64,000 bases of DNA from Candidatus Latescibacterota bacterium (GCA_038279365.1 JAYODI010000001.1:118127-182126); one strand, 5' to 3'. Counted from the first letter of the stretch, positions 26,256-36,797 are shown. Numbers and translations are program-made. The notes: a model not told the origin generated them from the letters alone.

Positions 26256-29200
26256 TTAACTTTCGAGGTTTGAGGCTTGCCAGGCAATGGAGAGATTGGG
26301 ATTTAGCGATTGGAAACGGGCTGTTGGCGTGTTGACCAAACCAAAGTTTTGCACGCTTCCAAGAGAGGGGAAAGATTTGTGAAAGGCACGACGGATATAG
26401 TCGCGGTTGGAAATGTGTGTGTCTTGTGGGCTGGTGAGCAGATAGTGGAACCCATTTTTTGGGGCGGTTTGAATGATTTGGTGCATAAGCACTTTGATGA
26501 AGTTTTCATTTTCCATTTTGAGTCCGCTAAAATTGAGCACATCTAAAAGCAGAGCCCGGGTGTTTCGGTTGCGCAATTCCACAAGGGTAAAATACCCTTT
26601 CCAAAGTCCGTCAGATATGATTTTGTAAAATGATCCGTCTGGACACATAATTTGCTTGAGGTCGCCTGTGTTGCAATCGTTTCCTGGCCAACTGCGGTAA
26701 ATGATGCTGACATCTTTGCTGGGCGCACAAAGAATTTGCGAGGTACCAATGACCACTTGGCGCAGTTTGGTGATTTCATTTTGTACAATTTCTACATGAT
26801 CTGAAAGGGTGTTTTCAAGTACAAAATCGCTCATTAGTTTGCCCAGTTTACCCAATTCTTTGCGGGCATATTTGAGGTATGCTTGTGGGGCCACTTGGCG
26901 TTCTTTTTGATCGTCTTCGGCAAAACCTGTGGCCAAGTGCTTTGCTTGAGATGGATTTTGAGCAGGATGTTCTCGGCTTGCAAAAGAGATTTCGTCTTGA
27001 AGAACGAGATACACTTCTTTGTAAATGCGTTTGAGTTGACGCACATTGCGTACATTTAAGAGGGCAGTGTAGACCTTAAAACATTCTCTGTGACGGTCGT
27101 GAAATGCCACCAAGTCTGCACCATCAATGTTGAGAGTTTGGAGAAGTTGCCCCATACCAATATCGGGTAATTTGTTGCCCAGGTCATTGCGTTTGCGCCG
27201 TGCTTGTTCGATGGCGGGAGTGAATAATATTTGAATGAGGCGATTGAGGTTGGTGTCGAGCAAATTGGAGTCTTCTGCGTCGTAGATGTCATATGTCAGC
27301 ATGGCTTGTTCGGTTGAAGAAATGAGTCTGGTAGCGCGTTCATTGGTAAAGCGTTTTTTGAGTTCTCGAAAAATATTTTTCCACTGACTGGTATAAAATT
27401 GTGCCAAAGATTTGATGTGTTTGTCTTTGAGTTCGGGAAAAACATCTTCTGATAATTCGCGTTCAGATTCATAAACGCGGTCGGTTAAAAGGTCGTTGAG
27501 GTTGTCGAGCAACAAGTCGGTTTCACCCGTGTCAAATGCGTCGCGAATTTCGGGGTGATTGACCAATGCATATTCAATGGCATAATCGGCAAGCAGTGGA
27601 ATTACGGCATCATTACGATGTTTCATGCGAATGCGCATGAGTGTGGGAAAGACCACTTGTGGCACTGGGCGATAGGCGGCATCAAAGTCGAAGTCGATGC
27701 CTGCTAAAACGGCGTTTGTGCGTTCTTCAATGGTGTTTAATGGCATGATGTTCAGGTCAAAGGCTTCTGCCAATCCATTGACAAGGCGTTGGCGTTCGCG
27801 TTTGGCCAAGTGTTTGGCATTGAGTACATCACGCAGACGGTTTTTGCGGCTTTCGCGGTTGGGAAGGCTGTCTATGAGGGTGCGAATGCGTTCGCGGTTG
27901 ACGGTGCCAACTTCTTCTATGCGATCACCTGCGATGGTGAAGGCTTTGCAATAAGGTTTGAGCGGTGGAAAGAGCAAGTTACGCGCTTCTTGAATGTGTT
28001 TGAGATAGCGTGTGCGATCCGGCATTTTTGGGCTTTGTTTGAGCAAATAGAGGTAATACAATTCGACATCTCGCGGTTCATTCATGTCTAACTGTGCACC
28101 ATTGGTATATTCGCGTAGGCGCGCCAAAATGGTGGTGAGCGGAATTTGTTTTTCAAGCCAAACCAGGTGTTCCAGAAAGCGCGCATTTTCGTGTGAAACC
28201 AAGTTGAGAAAATCTGGGTCTTCAAAAATGTTTTTCTGTATGGCCATTTGTGCAAAGTGGCTGCGTGTTTGGTCGTCGGTATCTTCAAGTAATTCGGCTA
28301 ACTTTTCCAATTCGATGCTGTTGGGATAGTGTTTGGCAATGTGGTTATAAAAGATGATGCTGCGTCGTTTATCCCACCTTGACAAGGCATCCAAATTGTT
28401 TATTTGGGGCAAGTTTAAATAATGCTTGAGCAAGAGCAATTGCGAGGGATCGTTTAGGCTAAATGTGGGGCCATAGCGGGTGTTTAAGTGGTGTGGCAGT
28501 TGTGCAAATTCTGCTTCGGTTGATTGGTCATGTTTGTTAAACAAACGACGGACAAAGGGTGCAAATTCGATGTCATTGCCCAAACGTGTGACCACTTCGT
28601 TTATGGCTGGTGTGCCAATGCTGTCTAGTGCCCATTCGACCAAACTGCGGTTGCGACACATATAGGGGGTGAGTAAAAGGTCGATCAAGGGCGTAATGGC
28701 TTGCTGCATTTTGTGTGTGCCCGAAAAATGCACGGCGGTTTCTTGAACGCCAAGTTGGCGGCTTTTGAGGTTGTGTAAAATGCGGTCGGCAATGCGTGAG
28801 GTTTTGGATGGGTCAATAAAACCGATGGCAATTTTTTGTGTGGCGGCACTGTCATGTGTAAATATCCATTCGAGCATTTCGGGCAAGATGCGGTCTTCTT
28901 CTAAGAGCAGTTGTAAAATGTTTTGCCGAATGGTGGTCCACCGAATCTCTGTTTCTCGCGAACGGGTATTTCTGCTTACAATACGGTTGCCTATTTGGTG
29001 CCGTTCCCAGGCGGTGCGGTTGCGATTACAAAATGCCACAGTAAGGGCATGGATGGCATCGTTGAGGTTGGCAGATAAAAATTGTCGGGTGGTTTGAATA
29101 ACATTTTTTGAGGGGCTTTGTAAACTGAGAATAAAGATACGCAAGAGGCGGTTTTTGATGGCGACACGGCGCGTTTTTTGGAACAATTCGGTTAAGAAAT

Positions 29201-30575
29201 GGAGTGCATTCAGGCGTGAAGCATCATCTCCACTGCGTTCAATCATGAGGTGTGCCACCTCAATAAGTGGTTCGAGAGGGCGCACATCGGCCAAGTTTGT
29301 GGCTAAATGAGACATGGCCAATGTAAGGTCTCGCAAAACTTGTGGTACTTGGTCTATGCGTATGCATTGGGTGTAGGCATAGACCACATCTTGGAGCAGG
29401 GCTGGGTCTCCAATGCGCGGTGCAATGGCCGATAAATGTACCAAGGCTGGTACTTGTTGGGGGCCAGATCGATTTGATAAATTTTGTGCGAGCGCTCGTT
29501 TTTCTTGGAGCAATGCTGGGGTGAGTGGTACTTGTTTGCGCACGCCAGTAAGGGCACCAATAGGTTCGTCTCCATAAATAGATCGCATATCTAAATGGGA
29601 TGGATGAAATGCAAGTGCGCGTTCAACAGTTGCAAGCATCCAATTGGTTTGATGGATCAAGTCCTCAAAACGGATGTGTTCATTTTGGGTATGTGGATAT
29701 CGGCTGGTGGAACAAAAGTCGATCACCCAAACCCCCAACGGAGACAAACAAATGGTATCTCCTCCCACATAACCCTCTTCGGCAAATAAGATGCGGGGAT
29801 TAAAACCACAATCGTGTGCGGCTTGCTGGGCAAGATGTACAAAAGGATGTGTTGCTGGCATATGCAAAACGGCCATGCGGGCCGTTTCGTTTCGTTCGAC
29901 ACGCACGGGCGGATCCATGCTGATGACGAGGTGTATGTTGTTGAGCAAGCTTGCTGGCACTTGTTTGATGCCGCGATAACCCAATTCTTCTTGCACTGTG
30001 AAAACAATGCGAATATCACCATGTGATAAGTTGGCCTTATGTATGTAATCAAGGGCCGATAAAATGGCTGCGATACCTGCTTTGTCATCGGCCCCTAAGC
30101 TGTTTTTACTGTCTGATCGAATTTCACCTGATGCGTGAAAACAATGAGAAATGGGGACATCGCCACCTGGATACACACAGTCCATATGCGCGGTAAACAT
30201 GAGGTTGAGTGCTTGGGGAGCGTTGGCAGGCTTTTGGGCAATCACATTGCCATAGGTGTCTTGTTCTATATTCTCAAAGCCCATGTTTTTTAGTTGGGCA
30301 ATGAGATATTGGGCAACGGGCTGTTCGTTTTGAGAGGGGCTGTAGAGGCTGATAAGGTCGAGAAAAGTGTTGAGAAGTATTTGAGGGTTTGTCCAGCAGG
30401 GGATGTTGAAAAATTGCTTTTCAAAGACGGCTTGCGAAATCGTACGGTTTTGTGCACTGACTGGATGGATGCGTGTCAGTCGTTCTACGCCGCGCCCTTT
30501 GAGGCGACCTGCAGCTGCGAGCATGCGCAGCTCTTCGGACGAATAGGTGCGGATGGTTTGATCGGGAGAAGGCAT
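26256..30575 (-). CDS. Large multidomain protein: N-terminal M20/M28-type metallohydrolase + HEAT-like helical region + unknown C-terminal domain
   Basis: TAHMD, GADDKAG, VQEELG, SMD, GGDT, PHTQNEHI; then about 1100 aa of mostly helical sequence (AITPLIDLL, ALDSIGTPAINEVV). Confidence 0.8.
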   Translation of the reverse strand: MPSPDQTIRTYSSEELRMLAAAGRLKGRGVERLTRIHPVSAQNRTISQAVFEKQFFNIPCWTNPQILLNTFLDLISLYSPSQNEQPVAQYLIAQLKNMGFENIEQDTYGNVIAQKPANAPQALNLMFTAHMDCVYPGGDVPISHCFHASGEIRSDSKNSLGADDKAGIAAILSALDYIHKANLSHGDIRIVFTVQEELGYRGIKQVPASLLNNIHLVISMDPPVRVERNETARMAVLHMPATHPFVHLAQQAAHDCGFNPRILFAEEGYVGGDTICLSPLGVWVIDFCSTSRYPHTQNEHIRFEDLIHQTNWMLATVERALAFHPSHLDMRSIYGDEPIGALTGVRKQVPLTPALLQEKRALAQNLSNRSGPQQVPALVHLSAIAPRIGDPALLQDVVYAYTQCIRIDQVPQVLRDLTLAMSHLATNLADVRPLEPLIEVAHLMIERSGDDASRLNALHFLTELFQKTRRVAIKNRLLRIFILSLQSPSKNVIQTTRQFLSANLNDAIHALTVAFCNRNRTAWERHQIGNRIVSRNTRSRETEIRWTTIRQNILQLLLEEDRILPEMLEWIFTHDSAATQKIAIGFIDPSKTSRIADRILHNLKSRQLGVQETAVHFSGTHKMQQAITPLIDLLLTPYMCRNRSLVEWALDSIGTPAINEVVTRLGNDIEFAPFVRRLFNKHDQSTEAEFAQLPHHLNTRYGPTFSLNDPSQLLLLKHYLNLPQINNLDALSRWDKRRSIIFYNHIAKHYPNSIELEKLAELLEDTDDQTRSHFAQMAIQKNIFEDPDFLNLVSHENARFLEHLVWLEKQIPLTTILARLREYTNGAQLDMNEPRDVELYYLYLLKQSPKMPDRTRYLKHIQEARNLLFPPLKPYCKAFTIAGDRIEEVGTVNRERIRTLIDSLPNRESRKNRLRDVLNAKHLAKRERQRLVNGLAEAFDLNIMPLNTIEERTNAVLAGIDFDFDAAYRPVPQVVFPTLMRIRMKHRNDAVIPLLADYAIEYALVNHPEIRDAFDTGETDLLLDNLNDLLTDRVYESERELSEDVFPELKDKHIKSLAQFYTSQWKNIFRELKKRFTNERATRLISSTEQAMLTYDIYDAEDSNLLDTNLNRLIQILFTPAIEQARRKRNDLGNKLPDIGMGQLLQTLNIDGADLVAFHDRHRECFKVYTALLNVRNVRQLKRIYKEVYLVLQDEISFASREHPAQNPSQAKHLATGFAEDDQKERQVAPQAYLKYARKELGKLGKLMSDFVLENTLSDHVEIVQNEITKLRQVVIGTSQILCAPSKDVSIIYRSWPGNDCNTGDLKQIMCPDGSFYKIISDGLWKGYFTLVELRNRNTRALLLDVLNFSGLKMENENFIKVLMHQIIQTAPKNGFHYLLTSPQDTHISNRDYIRRAFHKSFPSLGSVQNFGLVNTPTARFQSLNPNLSIAWQASNLES

Positions 30576-30649
30576 GAGGTAGAAATAAAAATTAAAAAAA
30601 TTACTGCCGTCTTGAACTTCGTCTATGGTGTTGATTTGGTTTTTTCATT

Positions 30650-31066
30650 TTATCTTTTTAATTGCTTCTGACTGTTTACTTGCCCTGGATTAAGGGCTGG
30701 CTGGTTGGTGATAAATTTGCCGTGGGGAGGCAATTGGGTGACGCCGTGAGGGACGAAGCGCACTTGCTCCACTTTGCCTGTTTGATAGTGACTGACGCCA
30801 AAAACCAAAGGGGGAGGCATACCATTGGTGTGGTTGAGGGCTTCGAGGGTGGCGTATAACACACCGTAAACATCATCGTCGAGACGGCCTCGGGCAGCTT
30901 TGGCTTTGTTCAAAATTTCAGAGACAAAATGACGAACGGGTTCTTTGAGGGTGCGAAAGCGTTCGAGCAAATCTTGTTTGTCTTGCTCGGTGAGTGCTCG
31001 CATTTGCTTTTTGGCCAGTTGTTGTTGGCTGTGGACAAGTGCACGGTGTTGTTTCTTTGATGGCAT
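30650..31066 (-). CDS. Hypothetical protein
   Basis: 138-aa ORF with GAGG RBS, co-oriented upstream of the 1439-aa gene. Confidence 0.7.
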   Translation of the reverse strand: MPSKKQHRALVHSQQQLAKKQMRALTEQDKQDLLERFRTLKEPVRHFVSEILNKAKAARGRLDDDVYGVLYATLEALNHTNGMPPPLVFGVSHYQTGKVEQVRFVPHGVTQLPPHGKFITNQPALNPGQVNSQKQLKR

Positions 31067-31291
31067 AAAAACCTCTTAGGTATGCTATGTCTATTTGAAA
31101 ATATGGCTTTATGGCAATTTGTTGTCAAGTTTCCATTTGACGTCTATCTGTTTGTAGGATATTATCTGAGGCAATATATATACTGTGTTATGGATGCAGT
31201 TAAATATAAAAGGAAGCGATGGTGGTTGTTAGATTGTCGCAATTAATGGGTTTGATGTCTGTTTGTTTTGGTTTTTTAATATGGGGTGTTT

Positions 31292-32269
31292 ATGATTGTT
31301 GATGTTGAAACCTTGCGATCTGTTTGTCAGAAAATTTTGACAGATCGCGAGTTAAGTGATTCGGATGCACATATTGTGACCGATATCTTAATAGAGGCCG
31401 AGTTGCGAGGGCGGCCCACCCATGGTGTGATTCGTTTGCCCGCAATTGCTGATCGTGTGATATCCAGTACACGAAGACCTATGTTGTTGGCCAAAGATGG
31501 GCCTGTTAGTGCATCTGTTGATGGACAAGAAAACTTGGGCTATTTGGTGGCTCACCGATGTGCGCGTTCCGTGATTGGCAAGGCCGACAAAACGGGTATG
31601 GGGGTTGTGGCAGGGTTCAATACGGGGCATTGTGGGATGTTGGGATATTATGCGTCAATGATTGCCGATGCGGGGTTGGTGGGGTTGGTGATGTGCGATA
31701 CCAGCCCGCGTGTGGCGCCGTGGGGAGGCATTGAACCCGTGTTGGGTACCAACCCCATTGCGGCAGGATTTCCTGCGCCCAATGGGCAAATTTTGATCGA
31801 CTTGTCAGCCGCAGCCATTACGAGTGGCGAAATTTTAATGGCGCTCAAAGACGGCAAAGATATTCCGTCTGGGCGAGCACTGAGCCCCGATGGCAAAATG
31901 ACAACTGACCCAGGTGTGGCACGCCGAGGTGCGGTATTGCCGTTTGGCGAGCACAAAGGGTATGCGCTGGCCATGATGATTCAGTTGTTTTCTGGTGTGT
32001 TAACGGGAGCTGCGCCCATTCCCAAGCCCGGGCAAAATTATGGCATTTTTATGTTGGCTTTGTCATCGGCTTTGTTTTTAGAACAAGAAGATTTTGTCCA
32101 AGGTGTGGGCGAAGTGGTTAAGCGGATAAAGACGTCTTTACCAGCTGAGGGTGTTGAAGAGATATTGGTACCTGGCGAGCGTGCATTTCGCGAACGAGAG
32201 ATGCGGTTGCAGTCGGGCATAGGTGTGGATGATGATTTAATGGATGCATTGAGGAGGTTGGCAAAATGA
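31292..32269 (+). CDS. Ldh_2 family oxidoreductase (ComC/AllD-like)
   Basis: AELRGRPTHG, HCGMLG, APWGG..LGTNPIA, FGEHKGYAL, VPGE. Confidence 0.9.
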   Translation: MIVDVETLRSVCQKILTDRELSDSDAHIVTDILIEAELRGRPTHGVIRLPAIADRVISSTRRPMLLAKDGPVSASVDGQENLGYLVAHRCARSVIGKADKTGMGVVAGFNTGHCGMLGYYASMIADAGLVGLVMCDTSPRVAPWGGIEPVLGTNPIAAGFPAPNGQILIDLSAAAITSGEILMALKDGKDIPSGRALSPDGKMTTDPGVARRGAVLPFGEHKGYALAMMIQLFSGVLTGAAPIPKPGQNYGIFMLALSSALFLEQEDFVQGVGEVVKRIKTSLPAEGVEEILVPGERAFREREMRLQSGIGVDDDLMDALRRLAK

Positions 32270-32952
32270 AGAAGCTGGTTTTGTTTGATATTGACGGCAC
32301 CATTATGAATACAGATGGTGGTGGGGCCAGTTCTTGTCAAAAGGCATTGGAGCATGTTTTTAATATGAAAGTGCCTTTGGATAATTACTCGATGAGTGGT
32401 AAGACCGATACACAAATTGTGTTGGATTTGATGGAACGTGTGGGTGTTGCAAGAGAGGTGACGACCACTAAGTTGGATGAGATAAATGTTTTGTATATTG
32501 ACCTGTTATCGAAGGAAGTCGATTCTTGGAACCCCGAACTCTGTCCAGGTATTGTTGAGGTGTTGGATGCGTTGGTGGATCGAGATGATTTGGTGTTGGG
32601 ACTTTTGACGGGCAATATTGTTCGGGGAGCCGAAGTGAAACTCAATCGGGTAGGGTTGTGGTCTTATTTCAAAACGGGTGCTTTTGGAGATCGAGCACCT
32701 GAGCGAAAGATGCTTCCTGATATTGCGCAAAAGACCGCCCATGAATTAACGGGAAAAATATTTGAAGGCAAAGATATGGTAATCATTGGTGACACACCCA
32801 ATGATGTGTTATGTGGGCGACACTTAAATGTGAAGGCCATTGCTGTGGCAACCGGTGGTTTTGACGGACCCACGTTGCAATCGTATGATCCAGATTTTTT
32901 CTTTGAAGATTTGAGTGACACGCCCACGGTGGTGGAGGCCATTATGGCATAA
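32266..32952 (+). CDS. HAD-superfamily hydrolase (phosphoglycolate phosphatase-like)
   Basis: LFDIDGT, SGKTD, LTGN, IGDTPND; ATGA overlap with the upstream gene. Confidence 0.9.
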   Translation: MKKLVLFDIDGTIMNTDGGGASSCQKALEHVFNMKVPLDNYSMSGKTDTQIVLDLMERVGVAREVTTTKLDEINVLYIDLLSKEVDSWNPELCPGIVEVLDALVDRDDLVLGLLTGNIVRGAEVKLNRVGLWSYFKTGAFGDRAPERKMLPDIAQKTAHELTGKIFEGKDMVIIGDTPNDVLCGRHLNVKAIAVATGGFDGPTLQSYDPDFFFEDLSDTPTVVEAIMA

Positions 32953-33094
32953 TAAGAAAGAAATGGTCAAGAAAGTAACATAAGCTTTTTGGATTTTTGG
33001 AGCACCCGTTTAAACTGTGTATTGTGAGTTTGTTGTGGGTGATGTCGCAATATTGCTTGACAGGTTCCATTGGCTTGGCTACTTTTTGTGTCCC

Positions 33095-33275
33095 ACAAGG
33101 GTAGAGGCGCGTGCCATGATCAGTACACAACACAAGAGGCGAACTTTCATATGTGTTGATGGAAAGGGATGGTACGCCGAAGTTTTGGTTTGTTTCGCCA
33201 CGGGCCAAAGCTGGTTTGATGGATAATATCTGTTAGACTGTCACGAGAAGTGTTCTCGTGGAGGGCTCTCTTGTC
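33095..33275 (+). ncRNA. Lysine riboswitch (L-box)
   Basis: Ordered conserved elements AGAGGCGC, AGTA, GGAAAGG, GCCGAA, CTGG, ACTGTC, GAGGGCT; P1 ends pair (acaagggtag/ctctcttgt); upstream of dapA-dapB. Confidence 0.88.
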
Positions 33276-33298
33276 GCGAGATTTTTCTGCTGAAGTAT

Positions 33299-33338
33299 AG
33301 CGTCTGGCGATGTCCCTTAAATTGCCAGCGCTTTTTTT
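33299..33338 (+). terminator. Riboswitch expression-platform terminator
   Basis: agcgtctggcga...ttgccagcgct followed by a T-run, between the aptamer and dapA. Confidence 0.75.
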
Positions 33339-33454
33339 GTGCAGAAATCAGGAAGAGGAAAGAAGCAAGAAGAAACTGTCTCATTTTTATTTGTGCGTCA
33401 TTTCTACTTTCTTTTGTCATTTCTCTTCTTCCCATATTTATCAGGAGGTTTTCA

Positions 33455-34483
33455 ATGTTACAAGGGTGTCATACCGCACTCATTACGCCGTTTAAAGCCG
33501 ACCACTCTTTGGATCAAGAAGGTGTTGAAAAATTGGTGGCCTATCAAATTGCCGAGGGCATAGACGGCATTTTGGCGTGTGGTACTACTGCAGAAAGCCC
33601 TACTTTGAGCAATGATGAACACAGTTTAATTACACGTATTGCGTGTGGGCAGGCCAAAGAACAGTGCCGTGCCATTGCTGGGGCTGGGAGCAATTCGACA
33701 GCCAAAACATTAAAGGCTGCCGAATATGCTGCTCAGGTTGGTGCCGATTCTATTTTGTTGGTTGATCCTTATTACAACGGCCCCAGTTCTTTGGAAATTC
33801 GCAAAGAATATGTAGAACCTGTGGCCAAGGCATTTCCCGAGTTGGACATGATTCCCTATGTGATTCCTGGGCGTTCGGGGACCAAACTGTTGCCCGAAGA
33901 TTTGGGCATTTTGTTTCGCGAATATAAAAATGTCAGCACGGTCAAAGAAGCAACTGGTGATTTAAACAATATGGCACGAACCCGCGAATGTTGTGGAGAT
34001 GACTTTTCTATCATGTCGGGTGATGACGATAAAACTTTTGATATGATGACCGATTCGCGCATCAATGCAGCGGGTGTGATTTCGGTGATGTCCAATGTGG
34101 TGCCAGGTGCGGTTGTTCAATTTGTGAAAGCTTTGCGCAACGGTGATTTGGCCCAAGCCGAAAAATGGCGCAATGCATTAAAGCCGTTGTTTGGGATGGT
34201 GGGTGTGGTTTCACAAGAACAAACCCCATTCGGTCCAGCCGAAGTGAAATCGCGCAATCCTGTGCCAGTAAAGGCCTTGATGAATATTTTGGGTATGCCA
34301 TCGGGCCCTTGCCGACAACCGTTGGGCAAGATGAATAAAGCGGGTTTGGATATTGTGCTGAAAAATGCGCGTCAGGTGCAGGCCAATAATCCTGAAATTT
34401 TTGCACCCATAGCGTCCTTTTTTGGTGTTGATATAGACAAACGGTTACAAGATGCCTCGGTATTGGAAGGTCTTGCATATTGA
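33455..34483 (+). CDS. dapA: 4-hydroxy-tetrahydrodipicolinate synthase
   Basis: TALITPF, CGTTAES, GAGSNST, PYYN, YVIPGRS, VKEATG (Schiff-base Lys), SGDD, NPVPVK; riboswitch and dapB context. Confidence 0.92.
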   Translation: MLQGCHTALITPFKADHSLDQEGVEKLVAYQIAEGIDGILACGTTAESPTLSNDEHSLITRIACGQAKEQCRAIAGAGSNSTAKTLKAAEYAAQVGADSILLVDPYYNGPSSLEIRKEYVEPVAKAFPELDMIPYVIPGRSGTKLLPEDLGILFREYKNVSTVKEATGDLNNMARTRECCGDDFSIMSGDDDKTFDMMTDSRINAAGVISVMSNVVPGAVVQFVKALRNGDLAQAEKWRNALKPLFGMVGVVSQEQTPFGPAEVKSRNPVPVKALMNILGMPSGPCRQPLGKMNKAGLDIVLKNARQVQANNPEIFAPIASFFGVDIDKRLQDASVLEGLAY

Positions 34484-34560
34484 TTTTTAACCAAGATGCA
34501 TGAAACTTTTTGGGACCGAAAAAATACGTTTTTCGGTCCCTTCACTTTATGGAGTGACGT

Positions 34561-35367
34561 ATGACACGGGTTGCTATTTGTGGTATTGCTGGGCGCATGG
34601 GTGTGCGGATTTCACAATTAACGCTTGAAGCCAATGATTTGGATTTGCGCGGTGGGGTGGAGTATGTGGGCTCTCCCATAATTGGTAAAGATATTGGAGA
34701 GGTGATTGGCAGCGGGCATTTGGGTGTGCATGTGGTGGACAATTTGGATACCATTATCAACAATGTGGATGCGGTTGTGGCTTTTACTGCACCACCTGAT
34801 GGGACGATTGAAGCAGCAAAAATTGCTGGGGCAGCAGGTGTGCCTATGGTGATTGGTACGACGGGTATTTCACCCGTACAATTGGAAACGATGCGAACCG
34901 CATTAAAAGATGTGGCCTGTGTTTTTGCGCCCAATTATAGTGTTGGGGTCACTGCACTGGTGAAGTTGGTAGAAGAAGCCGCACGTATATTAGGTGGCGA
35001 TTATGATGCAGAGATTGTTGAGGCACATCATCGTTTTAAAACAGATGCACCATCTGGAACTGCGTTGGCTCTTGCAGAGGCCGCCGCGCGTGGTTTAGAT
35101 CGCAATTTGCAAGAAGTGGGAGTCTTTGGTCGTCATGGTGATACGGGTGCGCGCACACGAGAAGAGATTGGTGTGCATGCCGTACGGGCAGGTGATATTG
35201 TGGGTGAGCACACCGTGATGTTTGGCGGTATTGGCGAAACGGTGCAGTTGGTGCATCGTGCACAAAGCCGAGATACATTTGCGGCAGGGGTGATTCGAGC
35301 AGTTCGGTTTGTGGCACAAGCCCATGCGGGGATGTATGATATGCGTGATGTATTGGGAATAAAATAA
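34561..35367 (+). CDS. dapB: 4-hydroxy-tetrahydrodipicolinate reductase
   Basis: GIAGRMG, IGTTG, APNYSVG, EAHHRFKTDAPSGTA, RAGDIVGEH. Confidence 0.96.
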   Translation: MTRVAICGIAGRMGVRISQLTLEANDLDLRGGVEYVGSPIIGKDIGEVIGSGHLGVHVVDNLDTIINNVDAVVAFTAPPDGTIEAAKIAGAAGVPMVIGTTGISPVQLETMRTALKDVACVFAPNYSVGVTALVKLVEEAARILGGDYDAEIVEAHHRFKTDAPSGTALALAEAAARGLDRNLQEVGVFGRHGDTGARTREEIGVHAVRAGDIVGEHTVMFGGIGETVQLVHRAQSRDTFAAGVIRAVRFVAQAHAGMYDMRDVLGIK

Positions 35368-35423
35368 AGTTGGGCGAAGGTGATGTGCAAATGCTAATGG
35401 TAAGCATTTTTTTTATGAAAAGG

Positions 35424-35458
35424 AAAAACGGGCGATTCATTTAGATTCGCCCGTTTTT
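35424..35458. terminator. Bidirectional terminator
   Basis: aaaaacgggcga...tcgcccgttttt between convergent genes. Confidence 0.75.
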
Positions 35459-35826
35459 TATGTTTGGAGTGCCACTTTTAGCGCTTCGATGAGTTCGTCA
35501 CGCAAAAAGGGTTTGTGTAACGTGGCATGTGCGCCAAAGGCTTTGGCTTGAGGCAAAAAGTTGAATCCCCCCGTTGCGCCTCCACCTGTAATGGCCAATA
35601 TTTTTAGATTGGGATTCTCTTGGTGTAATTTTTGAATGACTTCCAAACCATCTGTTTCTGGCATAAAAATATCTGTAATAAGAAGATCAAATGGGTGATT
35701 GTACACCAACTTAAGACCTTCTTGCCCCGATGAGGCTTCTGCGATCGTATGTCCTTCTTTTTCTAAAATCTTGCGTACAGATCGCCTTACAAGGTCTTCG
35801 TCATCAATAATCAGAATATTTGCCAT
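35458..35826 (-). CDS. Stand-alone response regulator receiver protein
   Basis: ILIIDDE, LITDIFMPETDG (phospho-Asp), AITGG, KPF. Confidence 0.92.
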   Translation of the reverse strand: MANILIIDDEDLVRRSVRKILEKEGHTIAEASSGQEGLKLVYNHPFDLLITDIFMPETDGLEVIQKLHQENPNLKILAITGGGATGGFNFLPQAKAFGAHATLHKPFLRDELIEALKVALQT

Positions 35827-35952
35827 AGTTTAAATCTTTCGGGTCTCAAGCGTGTGATATATAATATACCATGGTTTCTGAGGCGATTGCACATAAAAGG
35901 CTTAAGTGTTTATGTGTGTTTTTTTGTATAAAAATAAGTAAATATGCTTAAT

Positions 35953-36711
35953 TTATTTGAAATGGGTTAAGTAATCATTTTGCATATATGGGACAGATTC
36001 ATAGCGGTTGAGTTGTGCGGCATGGGTGACATCTGTCTCAAACCCTTTGGCGACCAGTTCTCGGCCACTGGCACAATTGACCAGTGTGGGAGTGAGTTGG
36101 TCTTTAAGGTGGAGAAACATGCCTTCAACGGCCATGGCTTCGGGCGATTTGTCACCTTCTAAGTAGGAAAGAATGGCCCCAGCTCCAAGGTCATCTTCGA
36201 GAGCCCAGCGAAGTTCGCCATCGGCATTGGGTGCAATCCAGCGTTCACCACAGGATAAAAGTGTTATGGTGTGATGGGTGGTTTTAAGCAAATGCGCCAG
36301 GGCTTTTGCGACAGCCTTGGCATTGATGAGGGTGCCAATGAACAGGTAGGGCACGTCACGTGCATAACGACTGCATGTTGCGCCATTGGGAGATGCCAGC
36401 ACCAAGCGCGTTTCGGGTTCTAAGTTAAGGTATGTGCGTGGCGAAAGTGAAAAACGTCCTTTTGTGGGCACATCCAAACGGCCAACAGCAGCTTCGGCGT
36501 GTATGCTTTTGGCAAAGGCAATGGGGTCTTCGTCTTTGGCACAAGGAAAGACGATGCCACCGTGGTGCACGGCAGTGATGGCGGCAGTGGAAAAACTGAG
36601 GGTGTCGATGACAACAAGGATGTGTTTGCCAATGGCCGTTTCTTTGGCACCTTGGTGACCACGTGCCAAACGAATACGGTGGGGGGCTTGCGAGTAAATT
36701 TCGGATGGCAT
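35953..36711 (-). CDS. 2-phosphosulfolactate phosphatase (ComB) family
   Basis: VVIDTLSFST, SLSP, SPNG, CGERW, ALEDDLGAG, SGREL. Confidence 0.85.
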   Translation of the reverse strand: MPSEIYSQAPHRIRLARGHQGAKETAIGKHILVVIDTLSFSTAAITAVHHGGIVFPCAKDEDPIAFAKSIHAEAAVGRLDVPTKGRFSLSPRTYLNLEPETRLVLASPNGATCSRYARDVPYLFIGTLINAKAVAKALAHLLKTTHHTITLLSCGERWIAPNADGELRWALEDDLGAGAILSYLEGDKSPEAMAVEGMFLHLKDQLTPTLVNCASGRELVAKGFETDVTHAAQLNRYESVPYMQNDYLTHFK

Positions 36712-36797
36712 TTTATTGGGCCTTTGAAAATCGTTTGGTCAAGTTTGGGCTTGGATATGCCATTGGGGGGTGTAGCGATTGGCAAAATGAAGACTAA

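Noticed and set aside
30650-31066. 138-aa ORF as a RiPP precursor for the M16/PhyH genes
   Set aside because: Looks like a folded helical protein with no leader/core pattern or repeated cores
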